Positions 50,513-60,855 of a DNA stretch of 64,000 nt are shown here, one piece after another; position 1 is the stretch's first letter, and every line of letters starts with the position of its first letter. The notes beneath the pieces were generated by a model. That model saw nothing but the letters and a program-made list of their open reading frames with translations. It had not been told where the DNA came from and made no database searches. This DNA is from an uncultured Acidobacteriota bacterium (GTDB lineage: Bacteria > Acidobacteriota > UBA6911): positions 41,584 through 105,583 of the forward strand of contig CAWHCF010000017.1 of assembly GCA_963827655.1 (NCBI GenBank), written 5' to 3'. The translations under genes were made by a program, and so were the position numbers.

Positions 50513-53339
50513 ATGACGCCCGAACGTTGGCAGCAAATCGGCCGGCTCTATGACGCTGTCTTAGAGCACCCGCCAGAGGAGCGCCCTGCCTTTCTCGCTC
50601 AAGCTTGTGCTGGCGACGAAGACCTGCGCCGAGAGGTCGAAATGCTCATTGCCTCCTCCGAGCAAGCGGGCCGCTTCCTGGAGTCATCACCGGGGGATAT
50701 GGCGGCTGACTGGCTTGCCGAAAGCCAGGCTCGAGCCATGGTCGGGCGGAGCCTGGGCCCTTACCGGCTCATTTCCTTGCTCGGCGTGGGCGGAATGGGT
50801 CAAGTCTACCGCGCCCTGGATACGCGATTGGACCGCGAGGTGGCGGTCAAAGTCTTGGCCACACACCTGGCCCAGGATGCTGGGGCGGTGGCGCGCTTCA
50901 AAACCGAGGCCCGAGCTGTCGCGGCGCTCTCGCATCCCAACATTCTGGCGATTCACGATTTCGGGACGGAGCAGGGCGTCACCTTCGCAGTCATGGAATT
51001 GCTCGCCGGGGAGACGCTACGCAGTTGCCTGGCGCGCTCGGCTCTGGGCTGGCGCAAGGCAGTCGAATATGGGATGACGCTTGCTGACGGGCTGGCGGCG
51101 GCGCATACCAGAGGGATCATTCACCGCGACCTCAAGCCAGAGAACATCTTCCTGACCGAGGACGGTCAGGTGAAGATTCTCGACTTCGGCTTGGCGCGAA
51201 TAAAACGAGTAGTCTCCGCCCAAACGGCGGTCTCGACCTCGGTGATGCCTGTTGTCACTCAACCGGGCGTAGTGTTGGGGACGGTCGGCTATATGTCGCC
51301 GGAGCAGGTACGCGGGGAGGAGGCTGAGGCGCCCAGTGATATTTTCTCCTTCGGGTGTGTGCTTTACGAGATGGTGACGGGCGGTCGCGCCTTTGCGCGC
51401 GCGACGGCGGCGGAGACTATGGCAGCGATTCTGAAAGACGATCCGCCCCGTCTGGCAGAGGCCGGGCAAAGCATTCCCCCCGCTTTAGAGCAATCGATCG
51501 GGCGCTGTTTGGAGAAGCAGGCCGAGAAGCGCTATCAATCAGGGAGCGAACTGGCTCTTAATTTAAGGGCCACCGTAGGCGGGATCGGAGGAGCGAAGGG
51601 CTTGCCGTCGCGCTTTGTGGTCGGCTTTCGTCGAGCGGCGTGGGTTAGCGCCCTGTTGCTCGCGGCCTTAGTGGCGGCTCTGTGGTGGCAGCCCTGGCAG
51701 AAGCCGCAGCAGCCGGTCCAGCAACTCATTTCCACTTTCCCGGGGGCGCACACCGCTGCCAGTTTTTCACCGGATGGCAGCATGATCGCATTAATGATGC
51801 AGGATGGGGCGGGAGTGCCTCAGATCTGGATCAAGAACCTGGCCCAGGGTGATCCGATCCAGGTCACTTTCGATCCGGGTGGCGCTGGCCCGCCACGCTG
51901 GTCTCCCAAGAATGACCAGATCATTTTCAGCCGTGGCCGGGGCTGGCAATCCATATTGTCGGTCCCACCTCTCGGTGGCCGACTCCGGATTCTCATCGAT
52001 AGAGGTCATAATCGAGATGGCACACGCCATCCCGAAGGCGGCAGGAACCCGAGTTTTTCCTGGGACGGATCCCGGATTGTCTTTGAGAGAGCTGGTGAAC
52101 TATGGATCGCCAATGCCGACGGAAGTAATCAGCACAAGGTCGAAGGCCTAGTCCCAGGTAATGACCGAAGCGGTTCACTGGGGCCTACGTTTTCACCCGA
52201 TGGTTCTCTCATCGCCTATTTTCATTCCACACTCGGTCCAGTGGGTGAAATCTGGGTGATCTCCTCTCAGGGTGGAAAACCGCGCCAATTGACTTTCGAC
52301 AATGACCTTTGCGCAACGCCCGTCTGGACAGCGGATGGACGTCACATCATCTTTTCTTCCAGTCGGCGCGGCAGCCAGACTCTCTGGAAGGTGCCCGTGG
52401 GTGGCGGCGAGCCGCAGCCGGTGTTGGTGAGCGCGGGTGAAGACACGAATCCGGAAGTTTCCCGCGATGGCACAAGATTGATCTATACCACGGCGCGCAA
52501 TCATTACGCCTTGACTGTTCTAGACCCAGCAACCCAGCAGAAGCGGGAACTGAGGGAAGTCCGGGCCGACATGGCGGGGCCCGTCTTTTCTCCCGCGGGC
52601 GATAAGATTGCATTCTGCAGCAGTACAGTGAGTTGGCGATTCGCATTTGTTTACGATCGATGCGGATGGCCGCAACCTGACCCAGGTGACCCATGGCAAG
52701 GGGGAACGAAACATTTTCCCCCGCTGGTCTCGTGATGGGTCAGCCCTGTATTTCTATCAGGACCGTCCGGTTCCGTCTTTTCGAAAAATTTCGCTCCGAG
52801 GCGGGCAGAGTGTGGAGCTGGTTCGCGGTTGGAGTTTTTCGTCCCAATGGCTGGTGCATGTCGATCCTCAAGAGAAGCTCATTGCCCACTCCCAGATCGA
52901 GAACGGCATTGTCATCGGAACCTTTCTTCGGGAAATTGCTACGGGAAAGGAAACCCTGTTCCGCAAGCTCATGTATGAGCCTCAGTGGTCGAAAGACGGC
53001 CAATGGATTCTGGGCACTGAATTGAACTCTGGCGTCCGCAGCTCGTTCGGTGACATCGTGGTTTGCGCCGTGTCCACGGGTGAGTGCCGCAAAATAGCAG
53101 CCGATGGTAACCGTCCCATCTGGTCTCACGATGGTTCCCGGGTCTATTTCCACCGCTTCAAAGGAGGGAATCGAGATCTCTTCTCAGTAGCTAACGATGG
53201 GACCGATGAACGTCTGGTTGCCGAGCTCGGACCCTTCCCACCCTATAACCATCTCACGGACGTTTCCCGGAAGGGAGAGGTAGCCTACGTGCAATTTAAG
53301 GCAGGGAAACCAGAGCTGTGGATGATGGATTTGAGGTGA
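50513..53339 (+). CDS. Ser/Thr protein kinase with TM helix and TolB/PD40 beta-propeller (one +1 frameshift near 52633)
   Basis: MTPERWQQI, LGVGGMGQVY, VAVK, HRDLKPEN, DFGLA and YMSPEQ; repeated FSPDG/WS.DG continue in ORF 52647-53339. Confidence 0.9.
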
Positions 53340-53565
53340 GGAACCACCATGACCCGTACCGGCTTCCCGCTTGCGTCTCAAACGCTCCGGCGATTGAAAA
53401 CCCTATCATCTTCAACCCGCCGACGCGACGGCGAACTTCGTCCGTCCGAGCGAGCTCAGAAAGCCTGACGGCCGGATCCACGAACGGCGTCGCTGGGGCG
53501 GCCAGCCGCATACCGTCGACAACTGGTTTGTTTCAGTTCCTGTTTACGTATAGTAAACTTTCGCC

Positions 53566-53850
53566 GTGCGGGTAATCTCGCGGCGGCGCATCAATGAATT
53601 TTGCGAGCAGCATGCGGATGCGCTCCCTGGTCTTCACAACTGGTACAAGACCGTCCGTCGTGCCACTTGGAGGAACTTCGCAGAACTTCGTCAGGACTTC
53701 AATTCAGCGGATGTGGTTGGACGGCGGACGGTGTTCAACATTCATAAGAATGTTTATCGCCTGATCGCTCGGGTGAATTATCAGAAGCAGATCGTTTTTG
53801 TGTTGTTCATCCTCACACACAATGAATATAAAAAAGGGAAATGGAAATGA
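53566..53850 (+). CDS. higB: HigB family toxin (mRNA interferase)
   Basis: MRVIS, SADVVG.RTVFNI, YRLIARVNY and THNEY.K. Confidence 0.9.
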   Translation: MRVISRRRINEFCEQHADALPGLHNWYKTVRRATWRNFAELRQDFNSADVVGRRTVFNIHKNVYRLIARVNYQKQIVFVLFILTHNEYKKGKWK

Positions 53851-54254
53851 GGGCGCCAGCACGGATCAATAGAGAACGATATGGACGGCTTCTCCTCGAG
53901 AAACTGCCGCGGCCAATTCGGAACGATCGTGACCTGGAGCGTGCCGAAACAGAGCTCCTTGCGCTCGACGAGAAGGGGAATGATCTGACTCCCGAGGAAG
54001 GCGAGTACTTCGACATGCTCGCGGTCTTGATCGAGGATTACGAGAACAAGCACTACCCTGTCCCAACTGTTCCCGCAAGTAAGGCATTGAAGGAGCTGAT
54101 GTTCGAACGTGGACTTCGGCACAAGGACATCGCGGCAATCGTTGGCAACAAAGGGCTGACAACGGAGATTCTGGCTGGCAGGCGTGGCATCAGCAAGACC
54201 GTTGCGCGAAAGCTCGCCGAGCGCCTGCAGGTCCCGATAGACCTATTTCTCTGA
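53841..54254 (+). CDS. higA: HigA family HTH antitoxin
   Basis: LAVLIEDYENKHYP, LMFERGL and EILAGRRGIS; overlaps the toxin stop. Confidence 0.9.
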   Translation: MEMRAPARINRERYGRLLLEKLPRPIRNDRDLERAETELLALDEKGNDLTPEEGEYFDMLAVLIEDYENKHYPVPTVPASKALKELMFERGLRHKDIAAIVGNKGLTTEILAGRRGISKTVARKLAERLQVPIDLFL

Positions 54255-54467
54255 GGATCAGGAAGAGCTTCGCCCCTGGTGTCTTCGCCGTCGCAGACTG
54301 CCTAGGCGTAGGGCTTCACCCCGGCCACAGGTTTACGATAGACATTGGGACGGCCATCGTACTCGAAGAACTCAACTTCCAACGCTCTGGCCACATCCCA
54401 CCCATCAATGGCAAGGATGCGTCTTAACTTGGTACAATGCAACAACCCCACGAGGAGGACCCTGATC

Positions 54468-54719
54468 ATGCTGAAGACCGTGGATGGCGTTTATCGGAAT
54501 GGCAAGGTCGAGCTCAGCGAGATGCCGGATGCTGTCCAGGATAACACCCGCGTCCTCGTGACGTTTCTTGGGCCGGGTGCAATCGACCTGCGGAAGCGAG
54601 GGATAACTCCAGAGCAAGCAGCGGAACTGCGCGTGAGGCTAGCAGCCTTTGCCGAGGATTGGGATAGCCCCGAAATGGCTGTTTACGATGACTACGACTC
54701 TGCCAAAGCGCGGCTGTAA
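54468..54719 (+). CDS. Putative antitoxin (DUF104/AF2212-like N-terminus)
   Basis: MLKTVDGVYRNGKVEL...VLVTFL and acidic tail FAEDWDSPEMAVYDDYD; overlaps the PemK gene. Confidence 0.7.
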   Translation: MLKTVDGVYRNGKVELSEMPDAVQDNTRVLVTFLGPGAIDLRKRGITPEQAAELRVRLAAFAEDWDSPEMAVYDDYDSAKARL

Positions 54720-55053
54720 GCGCGGCGATGTCATTCTTGTGCTGTTCCCGCATTCTGACCTACGCACTGCCAAGCCGCGCCCGGCGTTAGTGGTCCAGGC
54801 CGATGAGCTTCAGAGCGGATTGCCCCAAGTCATCGTCGCTATGGTCAGCAGCAGGATCGCTCGGGCAAACCATCCAAGCCGGGTCATGGTGCAACGTTCG
54901 TCGGCCGAAGGAAGACGGTCCGGCCTTCTCGCCGACTCCGTCATAATGACCGACAACTTGGCGACGATCGCCGAAGTAGCTATTGACCGGGTCATTGGGA
55001 ATTTGCCCATGACTGAAGTCGATACGGCCTTGCGACACACGCTGGGCCTTTGA
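54688..55053 (+). CDS. PemK/MazF family toxin
   Basis: RGDVILVLFPHSD...KPRPALVVQ, SGLLADS and VDTALRHTLGL. Confidence 0.9.
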   Translation: MTTTLPKRGCKRGDVILVLFPHSDLRTAKPRPALVVQADELQSGLPQVIVAMVSSRIARANHPSRVMVQRSSAEGRRSGLLADSVIMTDNLATIAEVAIDRVIGNLPMTEVDTALRHTLGL

Positions 55054-55075
55054 ATGGCATCCCTTTCCTCGTGCG

Positions 55076-55345
55076 TCAGGCCACTTGGATAGCCCAGTTG
55101 CGGAACTCGTCCACTATGGGACGCCAGTTCTCGAATTTGTCTTTCCGCGCCAGGATGTCGAAGGGCTTATGGTATGTGGGACAAAGACTTCCGCGCGCGA
55201 AGATACAGTTCGATAGCAGGGTCTTAGTGGCATTTTCGTAGCGGGCCATCGAGAGCCTGATTTCCCCGAGTTCGCCCTGCCATTTCCTGGACTTCCCGGT
55301 CCAGAATCCCTCATCGATCTTTCCCGCTAGCTTACCGTGCGCCAA
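55076..55345 (-). pseudogene. Second copy of the recombinase 3' end, with an in-frame 99-bp deletion and an alternative C-terminus (attP-like junction)
   Basis: 55118-55338 matches 43498-about 43818 apart from about 10 substitutions and loss of 43603-43701. It ends KFENWRPIVDEFRNWAIQVA. Confidence 0.85.
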
Positions 55346-55488
55346 TCGTTAGTGATAGGTTCAATTCGAACTGGCACTATCATCTTCGTCCCACGCGGTC
55401 TCCCTGTCGCGCTGCAGATCGCCACAAGAGCACCACTGCCCGACGTGCAGCTGTACCACACAGAGGAATGCGATCACCATCCGTTGCT

Positions 55489-57863
55489 TCACTTGACGTC
55501 CACCTGCACCTTCATGATCTTCCCGGTGAACTTGTTGCCGTGTTGCTTGTAAGCCGGGCTTACGTTGGTGCCTTCGTCCACGCCCACATCCGCAGCGTCG
55601 TCAGCGGAGAAGATGTTGGCGTTGGTGTTCTCGACTCGGCCGGAGCCGACCTTCTTGCCGTTGATGTAAAGGGTGGCCGTTCCGCCTTTGCCGCGTCCGC
55701 CGTCGTAGGCGAAATCCAACTTGATGGTCGCCTTGCCTGGGGCGAGCGCGTCGGTGGAATTGACGGTGTACTGATGAAGACCCACATGGTTGTAAGTGTA
55801 GGCCGGCTTGCCGTTCACCACGTAGAGACTCCATCCGCCGAAACGTCCGCCTTGGCAGAGGATCACGCCATTCGCGCCGGCAGGAACTTCGACATCCGCC
55901 GTGATGGTCTTCGATTGGTTTTTCACGTTGATGAACGCGTTCTCCATCATGCCTGTCATGCCTTCATAGACCGTGAGCGACTTGCGGCCCGCCATCAGAT
56001 CCGGACGGCCCGCCATGGCGGGATCGAACCTTTCGAGCGCCCGGTCGTCAATCGGCAGCACGCGGTAGCGCTCTGCTTCCTTCATGAACAGCGCTTGCAG
56101 CTCCTTGAGCTTGGCGGGATTGCTGGCCGCAAGGTCGTTGGTCTCGCTGAAGTCCTCGTCCACGTTATAGAGCTCCCAAATGTCGTCGGCGAGCCTGCGT
56201 CGTGGCTCTGCTTCCCACGGGGCCTTGTGCACGGTGGCGGCCACCCATCCGTCGTGGTAGATGGCCCGGTTACCGAAAATCTCGAAATACTGCGTCCGGT
56301 GCCTGCCCGCAGCCTTGGGGTCGTCGAAGGTGTACATCATACTCACGCCTTCCATCGGCGTCTGAACCACCCCGTTGAACGTTTTCGGTTCCGGCAGACC
56401 TGCCGCCTCGAGAACGGTCGGTGCGATGTCAATCACGTGGTGGAACTGGCTTCGGATTCCCCCGGTCTTGATGCGCGCGGGCCAACTGATCACCAGCGGA
56501 TTGCGCGTGCCACCGAAGTTGGCGGCCACCTGCTTGGTCCACATGAAGGGCGTATTGCCGGCCACCGCCCAACCCGCCGCCATGTGCGGGAAGGTCTCGG
56601 GCCCCCCCATTTGTCGATGTTCTCGAGCATGTTGGGCACCGACTCCTGGACGCCGTTGAAGTAGGTCATCTCGTTGAACATGCCGGTCATGCCGCCTTCG
56701 GCACTGGCGCCGTTGTCGCCCACCAGGTACAGGATCAGCGTGTTGTCGAGTTCGCCGAGGTCTTCGATCGCCTGCACCACGCGGCCGATCTCGTTGTCGG
56801 TGTGGGCGGCGAATGCCGCAAACACTTCCATCTGGCGGGCGAACAGCTTCTTCTCGTCGGCCGTCAGCTTCTCCCAGTCCTTGATGTCGCTGGGCTTGGA
56901 CGCGAGCTTTGCGTTCGGCGGGATAATGCCCATCTGCTTCTGCCGGGCGAACGTCTCCTCGCGGTACTTGTCCCAGCCGCCGTCGAACTTGCCCTTGAAT
57001 TTCGCGATCCAATCGTTAGGCACGTGATGCGGGGCATGCGTGGCACCGGTAGCGAAGTACGTATAGAACGGCTTGTCCGGGGTCAGCGATTGCTGGTTCC
57101 GGATCCATTGAATCGCCTGGTTCGTCATGTCGGTCGTGAAATGGTAGTTCGGGTCGTCAGGCGGCTCCACTTTGATCGTGCCGTCGAAAATCAGCGGCGC
57201 CCACTGATTGGTCTCGCCGCCGATGAAACCGTAGAACTTGTCAAATCCGGAGTGCGTGGGCCAGCGATCGAACGGCCCGGAGACGCTGACTTCCCACGGC
57301 GCTGTCTCGTGATACTTGCCGAAAGCGGCCGTGCTATAGCCGTTCTGGCGCAGGATCTCGGCCAGCGGCGTGACGCTCTGGGGCCGCACCCCGGTATTGC
57401 CCGGAAACGCCGTAGCCACTTCCATGATCGCGCCCGCATTGTTCGTATGGTGGTTGCGGCCGGTCAGGATGGCCACGCGCGTCGGCGAGCAAAGTGCCGT
57501 TGTGTGGAAGCGGTTATACTTGAGCCCGCGGCTCGCGAGGAGCTCCAGCGCCGGCATTGGAATCTGCCCGCCGAACGCACTCGCGTGACCGAACCCGATG
57601 TCGTCGATCAGAAAGATGATAACGTTCGGAGCGCCCTGCGGCGGTTTCACCTCGAACCTCGTCGGCGCCTTGACATTGCGCGCATCGAGTTCGGTGGCCC
57701 GTGGATAGTCAGGCTCCGCGATAGGAAGCACGGTTCGATCGAGCCCGGTCACAATCCCGGCAGGTTGGGATGTCCCCTTTTCCAGCTGCGACCCGCCGCA
57801 GCCGACCATGGCCGAGATGGTGACCGCGACGGCAAGGGCAACGAGAATGCTTGGTATTTTCAT
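55489..57863 (-). CDS. Arylsulfatase, lipoprotein (one frameshift in a G/C homopolymer near 56602)
   Basis: Lipobox [32 protein letters not shown] and GDNGASAEG; LamG-like C-terminus. Confidence 0.9.
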
Positions 57864-57925
57864 GATCGTTTGCTCTACTCCTTTGATGAAATGCTTCACC
57901 TCAAGTTTTGCGTTGTGAACAGAAC

Positions 57926-58930
57926 CTAATTCTTCTCGAAGGGGTGAATTATTTTCCAGTCCCTTTTCATGTCGACAGCCGTCCAACCTTTGACACTCGC
58001 TTCATCCAAGCCTTTATCTAATTTCCCGATGTGCGACGTTCGGTCGTAGGCCCACTCGCGCGCGGCGTCGGTGTGGTGGATGTAGACGCTCAAGCGCGCA
58101 CCTTTACCGGCTGCCGTCCATTGCAGCATCTGCAGATCGCCGTCGGAATTGCCGAACGCAGCGATGGGCCGGCGGCCAATATACTTATGGATGGCGATCG
58201 GCTTGCCCTCCTTGTCGTCAACGAAGTCCAAGGCCGGCAACTTGATCAGTACGGGCTTACCGTCGCGAAGTTCGAACTTCAGCTTGCCCGTGCTGCCGAT
58301 GACCTGTTCGGGTGGAATGCCATAGGCCTTTTCCGCAAAGGCGCGCATGAAATCGACGCCACCGCCCGAAACGATGAACGTCTTGAATCCGTTGGCACGA
58401 AGATATGCGAGCAGTTCGAGCATGGGCTGGTAAACCATCTCCGTGTACAGCCGCCCCGTTTTTGGATGCTTCGCGGTGGCGAGCCAATTCTTTACAACGG
58501 GCTCGAACTCCTCCGTGGTCATGTTTGAATGCCCCGCGACCATGATTTCCATCAACGCCCGCTCGCCGCCGGCCAGCGCGCCCTTCATGTCGCCTCCGAG
58601 GAGCGACTTGAACGGCTCCTTCTCTTTCCACTCCGGGTGCTGAGTTGCTTCCGCTTTCACGCGGTCAGCGGCGAAAAGGAATTGGAAATACAAGGGCTGC
58701 TCGGCCCAGAGTGTGCCGTCGTTATCGAAGGTGGCGATGCGTTCGGCGGGGGTCACGAATTCCGGTGAGCGTGCCCTGGTGACCCTTGCCACGAAGTCCA
58801 CGATGGATCGCTTCGTCTTGCCCTCGTTCCACGATGGCAGCGGGTCGGCGGATTGCGCAACGGCCGTCGTCGAAGCCATCGCACAAAAGATCGCGGCTGC
58901 GATGATCCTTTGGTTGTGGGTGATTTTCAC
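57926..58930 (-). CDS. Secreted HAD-family hydrolase (NapD-like acid phosphatase)
   Basis: [28 protein letters not shown] and REWAYDR. The start is uncertain (GTG 58930). Confidence 0.88.
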   Translation of the reverse strand: MKITHNQRIIAAAIFCAMASTTAVAQSADPLPSWNEGKTKRSIVDFVARVTRARSPEFVTPAERIATFDNDGTLWAEQPLYFQFLFAADRVKAEATQHPEWKEKEPFKSLLGGDMKGALAGGERALMEIMVAGHSNMTTEEFEPVVKNWLATAKHPKTGRLYTEMVYQPMLELLAYLRANGFKTFIVSGGGVDFMRAFAEKAYGIPPEQVIGSTGKLKFELRDGKPVLIKLPALDFVDDKEGKPIAIHKYIGRRPIAAFGNSDGDLQMLQWTAAGKGARLSVYIHHTDAAREWAYDRTSHIGKLDKGLDEASVKGWTAVDMKRDWKIIHPFEKN

Positions 58931-59116
58931 ACGCGTCTCCAAGCTATTGATGGCGTCATTCATCGACTCGAGGTCCGGCAGCTTCCATGTTCCGTCAAAC
59001 AAACGTTCTTTTGGCTGTAGAAGGGGAACATCGGATAGAAGCGGCCTTTCCGGGAACCGTTTGACTGAATCCCGTAACAAGAAATTGTCCCACACAACCG
59101 CATTGCCGCCGAGGGT

Positions 59117-59480
59117 TCAGGGTTTCTCCGTCATGGACTCTGGTTGTCGTAGGCGCCGCCGCTCTTCCATGTCGCGGTCGAGGAAATAGGCCAGGAATGT
59201 CCGGATCACCGCAATCGCACCCAGGCGACCGATTTCGTCCCAGGTCGGCGCAACCGCCGTATGCACGATATCGCCCGCGAGCTGGAACGTGAGGCCTGCG
59301 ACGATCCAGCGCGCATAGCGCATCCACATCTCGCGCATTTCGGCGGGCACGCGCGCGTGTAGCCACAATGCGCAGCGCGTTGACGACCGCATCTATGGAA
59401 CCGACAGCGATCACGATAACGGCCACTGCCTCGATACCCAGCGCGATGTGTCCCGCAAGTTCCTTGAACAGTTCTTCCAT
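59117..59480 (-). CDS. DUF1622 membrane protein (one +1 frameshift near 59355)
   Basis: GLTFQLAGDIVHTAVAPTWDEIGRLGAIAVIRTFLAYFLDRD. Confidence 0.8.
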
Positions 59481-59487
59481 TACGAAC

Positions 59488-60355
59488 TCAGAGCTCGACC
59501 GGTCTGGCGTCAGCTTGGCGGCGGCGCCAAGCGATATAGATCGCGGAGGCGATGAGCCCGATGATCAGATGCCATAGCACCGCGCCGAGCACGAGCGTTT
59601 CGCCGGGTGCGGCGGCGTGCGCGACTGCCATGGCGACTCCGGGATGGCGCGTAGATGTGGCGAGCGCGAGTACGACACGGTCGTCCGGATCAGGACCACC
59701 CAACCCATGTCCGGCCGCAAGTCCGGCAACTACGAATACGGCGATCGCGGCGAGCGTACCGTTGCCGACCAGCGCTACCGCCGCCGGCCATGCTGCAAAC
59801 ACTATCGGCAGGACGCCTACCAGCAGGGCCACGGTCGCAAACAGGGAAACCGGCCTTGCGATCCGTTCCGCAAACCGCGGAGCGAAGTGCCTTACCAAGA
59901 TACCCGCCGCAAGCGGCGCAATGACGGTGATGGACACGATCAGCGCGACCCTGGCTGGCGTGATGTGCGCGGGTTTATCGAATATTCTGCCGATAATCTC
60001 TACCGAAAGTGGTATCGACACGATCGTAAATAGCGCTGCTGAAAAAAGCAGCCCGACGGTGTAGTACGCGCTGCCGCCCGCTTTCAGTTGTTTCTTAGGA
60101 AGGATGGGCGGGACGGGCGACAGCGCCAGCGCTATTAGTGCCACTTTCAGGGCGTAGTGAAGATCGAAAGCGGCCACCAGCATTACCGCCAGCACAGGCA
60201 TGACGATGTTCATGGCGAGAAGAGACTTTACGAGCTGCGCCGGCACGCCGCAGCAGATAGAGAGCCTCTTCGAAATTCGCACCTAATCCCAGCGCGAAGA
60301 CCAGCAGAAAGACGCTGGTACGTATCGCGATTGGTATCAGTTCCGCTAGATCCAT
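59488..60355 (-). CDS. Bile acid:Na+ symporter (BASS) family transporter (one +1 frameshift near 60245)
   Basis: VFALGL, SLLAMNIVMP, ALSPVPP and ALATSTRHPGVA; many TM helices. Confidence 0.8.
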
Positions 60356-60374
60356 TGGCGCGGCCTTGCGTGGT

Positions 60375-60600
60375 TCACGTAACGTAGCCCGTTTCGTCGA
60401 CGAACCTGCGGAATTCGGCGTTCGTCACGACGCTCGAGTCTCATCCAGAAGGCACCGACCGTGACTTTGTGTGCCGGCGCCTCCTCGGGATAGTGCTGGT
60501 CGGAACCCGTGAGGAAGGTCCCGCCCGGGATCCAGACCATACCCTCGGCGGGCGGTTTGCCGGGCGGAGGCGCACCCTGGGGGAGCCTCTTCTCTTGCGT
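60375..60600 (-). pseudogene. N-terminal remnant of a formylglycine-generating enzyme (SUMF1)
   Basis: GMVWIPGGTFLTGSDQHYPEEAPAHKVTVGAFWM / VTNAEFRRFVDETGYVT, then truncated. Confidence 0.75.
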
Positions 60601-60649
60601 CGGCGAATTAATTGTCACGAGCGTAGGCCGCCTTCGTGTTCTAGTCGAC

Positions 60650-60832
60650 GGCAAAAGCGGCCGCGGCAAGTTTCTCCAGATTGAGGTATTGCTTTTCTCG
60701 ACAGTCACGCCGACGAAGAGGATGGTGCCGCCCTTGAATTCCCCAGGCGACTCGTAATCTTCGCTCACGGCATCGCCGCTGTCACGGCCGATGCACAGGC
60801 CGTCGTCGGCCAGCGTGAACTTGCCCGGCTGC
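60650..60832 (-). pseudogene. C-terminal remnant of a third arylsulfatase
   Basis: QPGKFTLADDGLCIGRDSGDAVSEDYESPGEFKGGTILFVGVTVEK with no upstream body. Confidence 0.6.
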
Positions 60833-60855
60833 CTTAACCATCAGCAAACGACTGA

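Larger units (their letters stand above)
43498..55126. mobile_element. Integrative element of about 11.6 kb at the 3' end of tRNA-Glu
   Basis: Core gggacgcca at 43498-43506 and 55118-55126, with the recombinase at the left end, mobilisation remnants, an IS remnant and TA cargo. Confidence 0.8.

Noticed and set aside
43450-55126. Prophage
   Set aside because: There are no capsid, terminase, tail or lysis genes.
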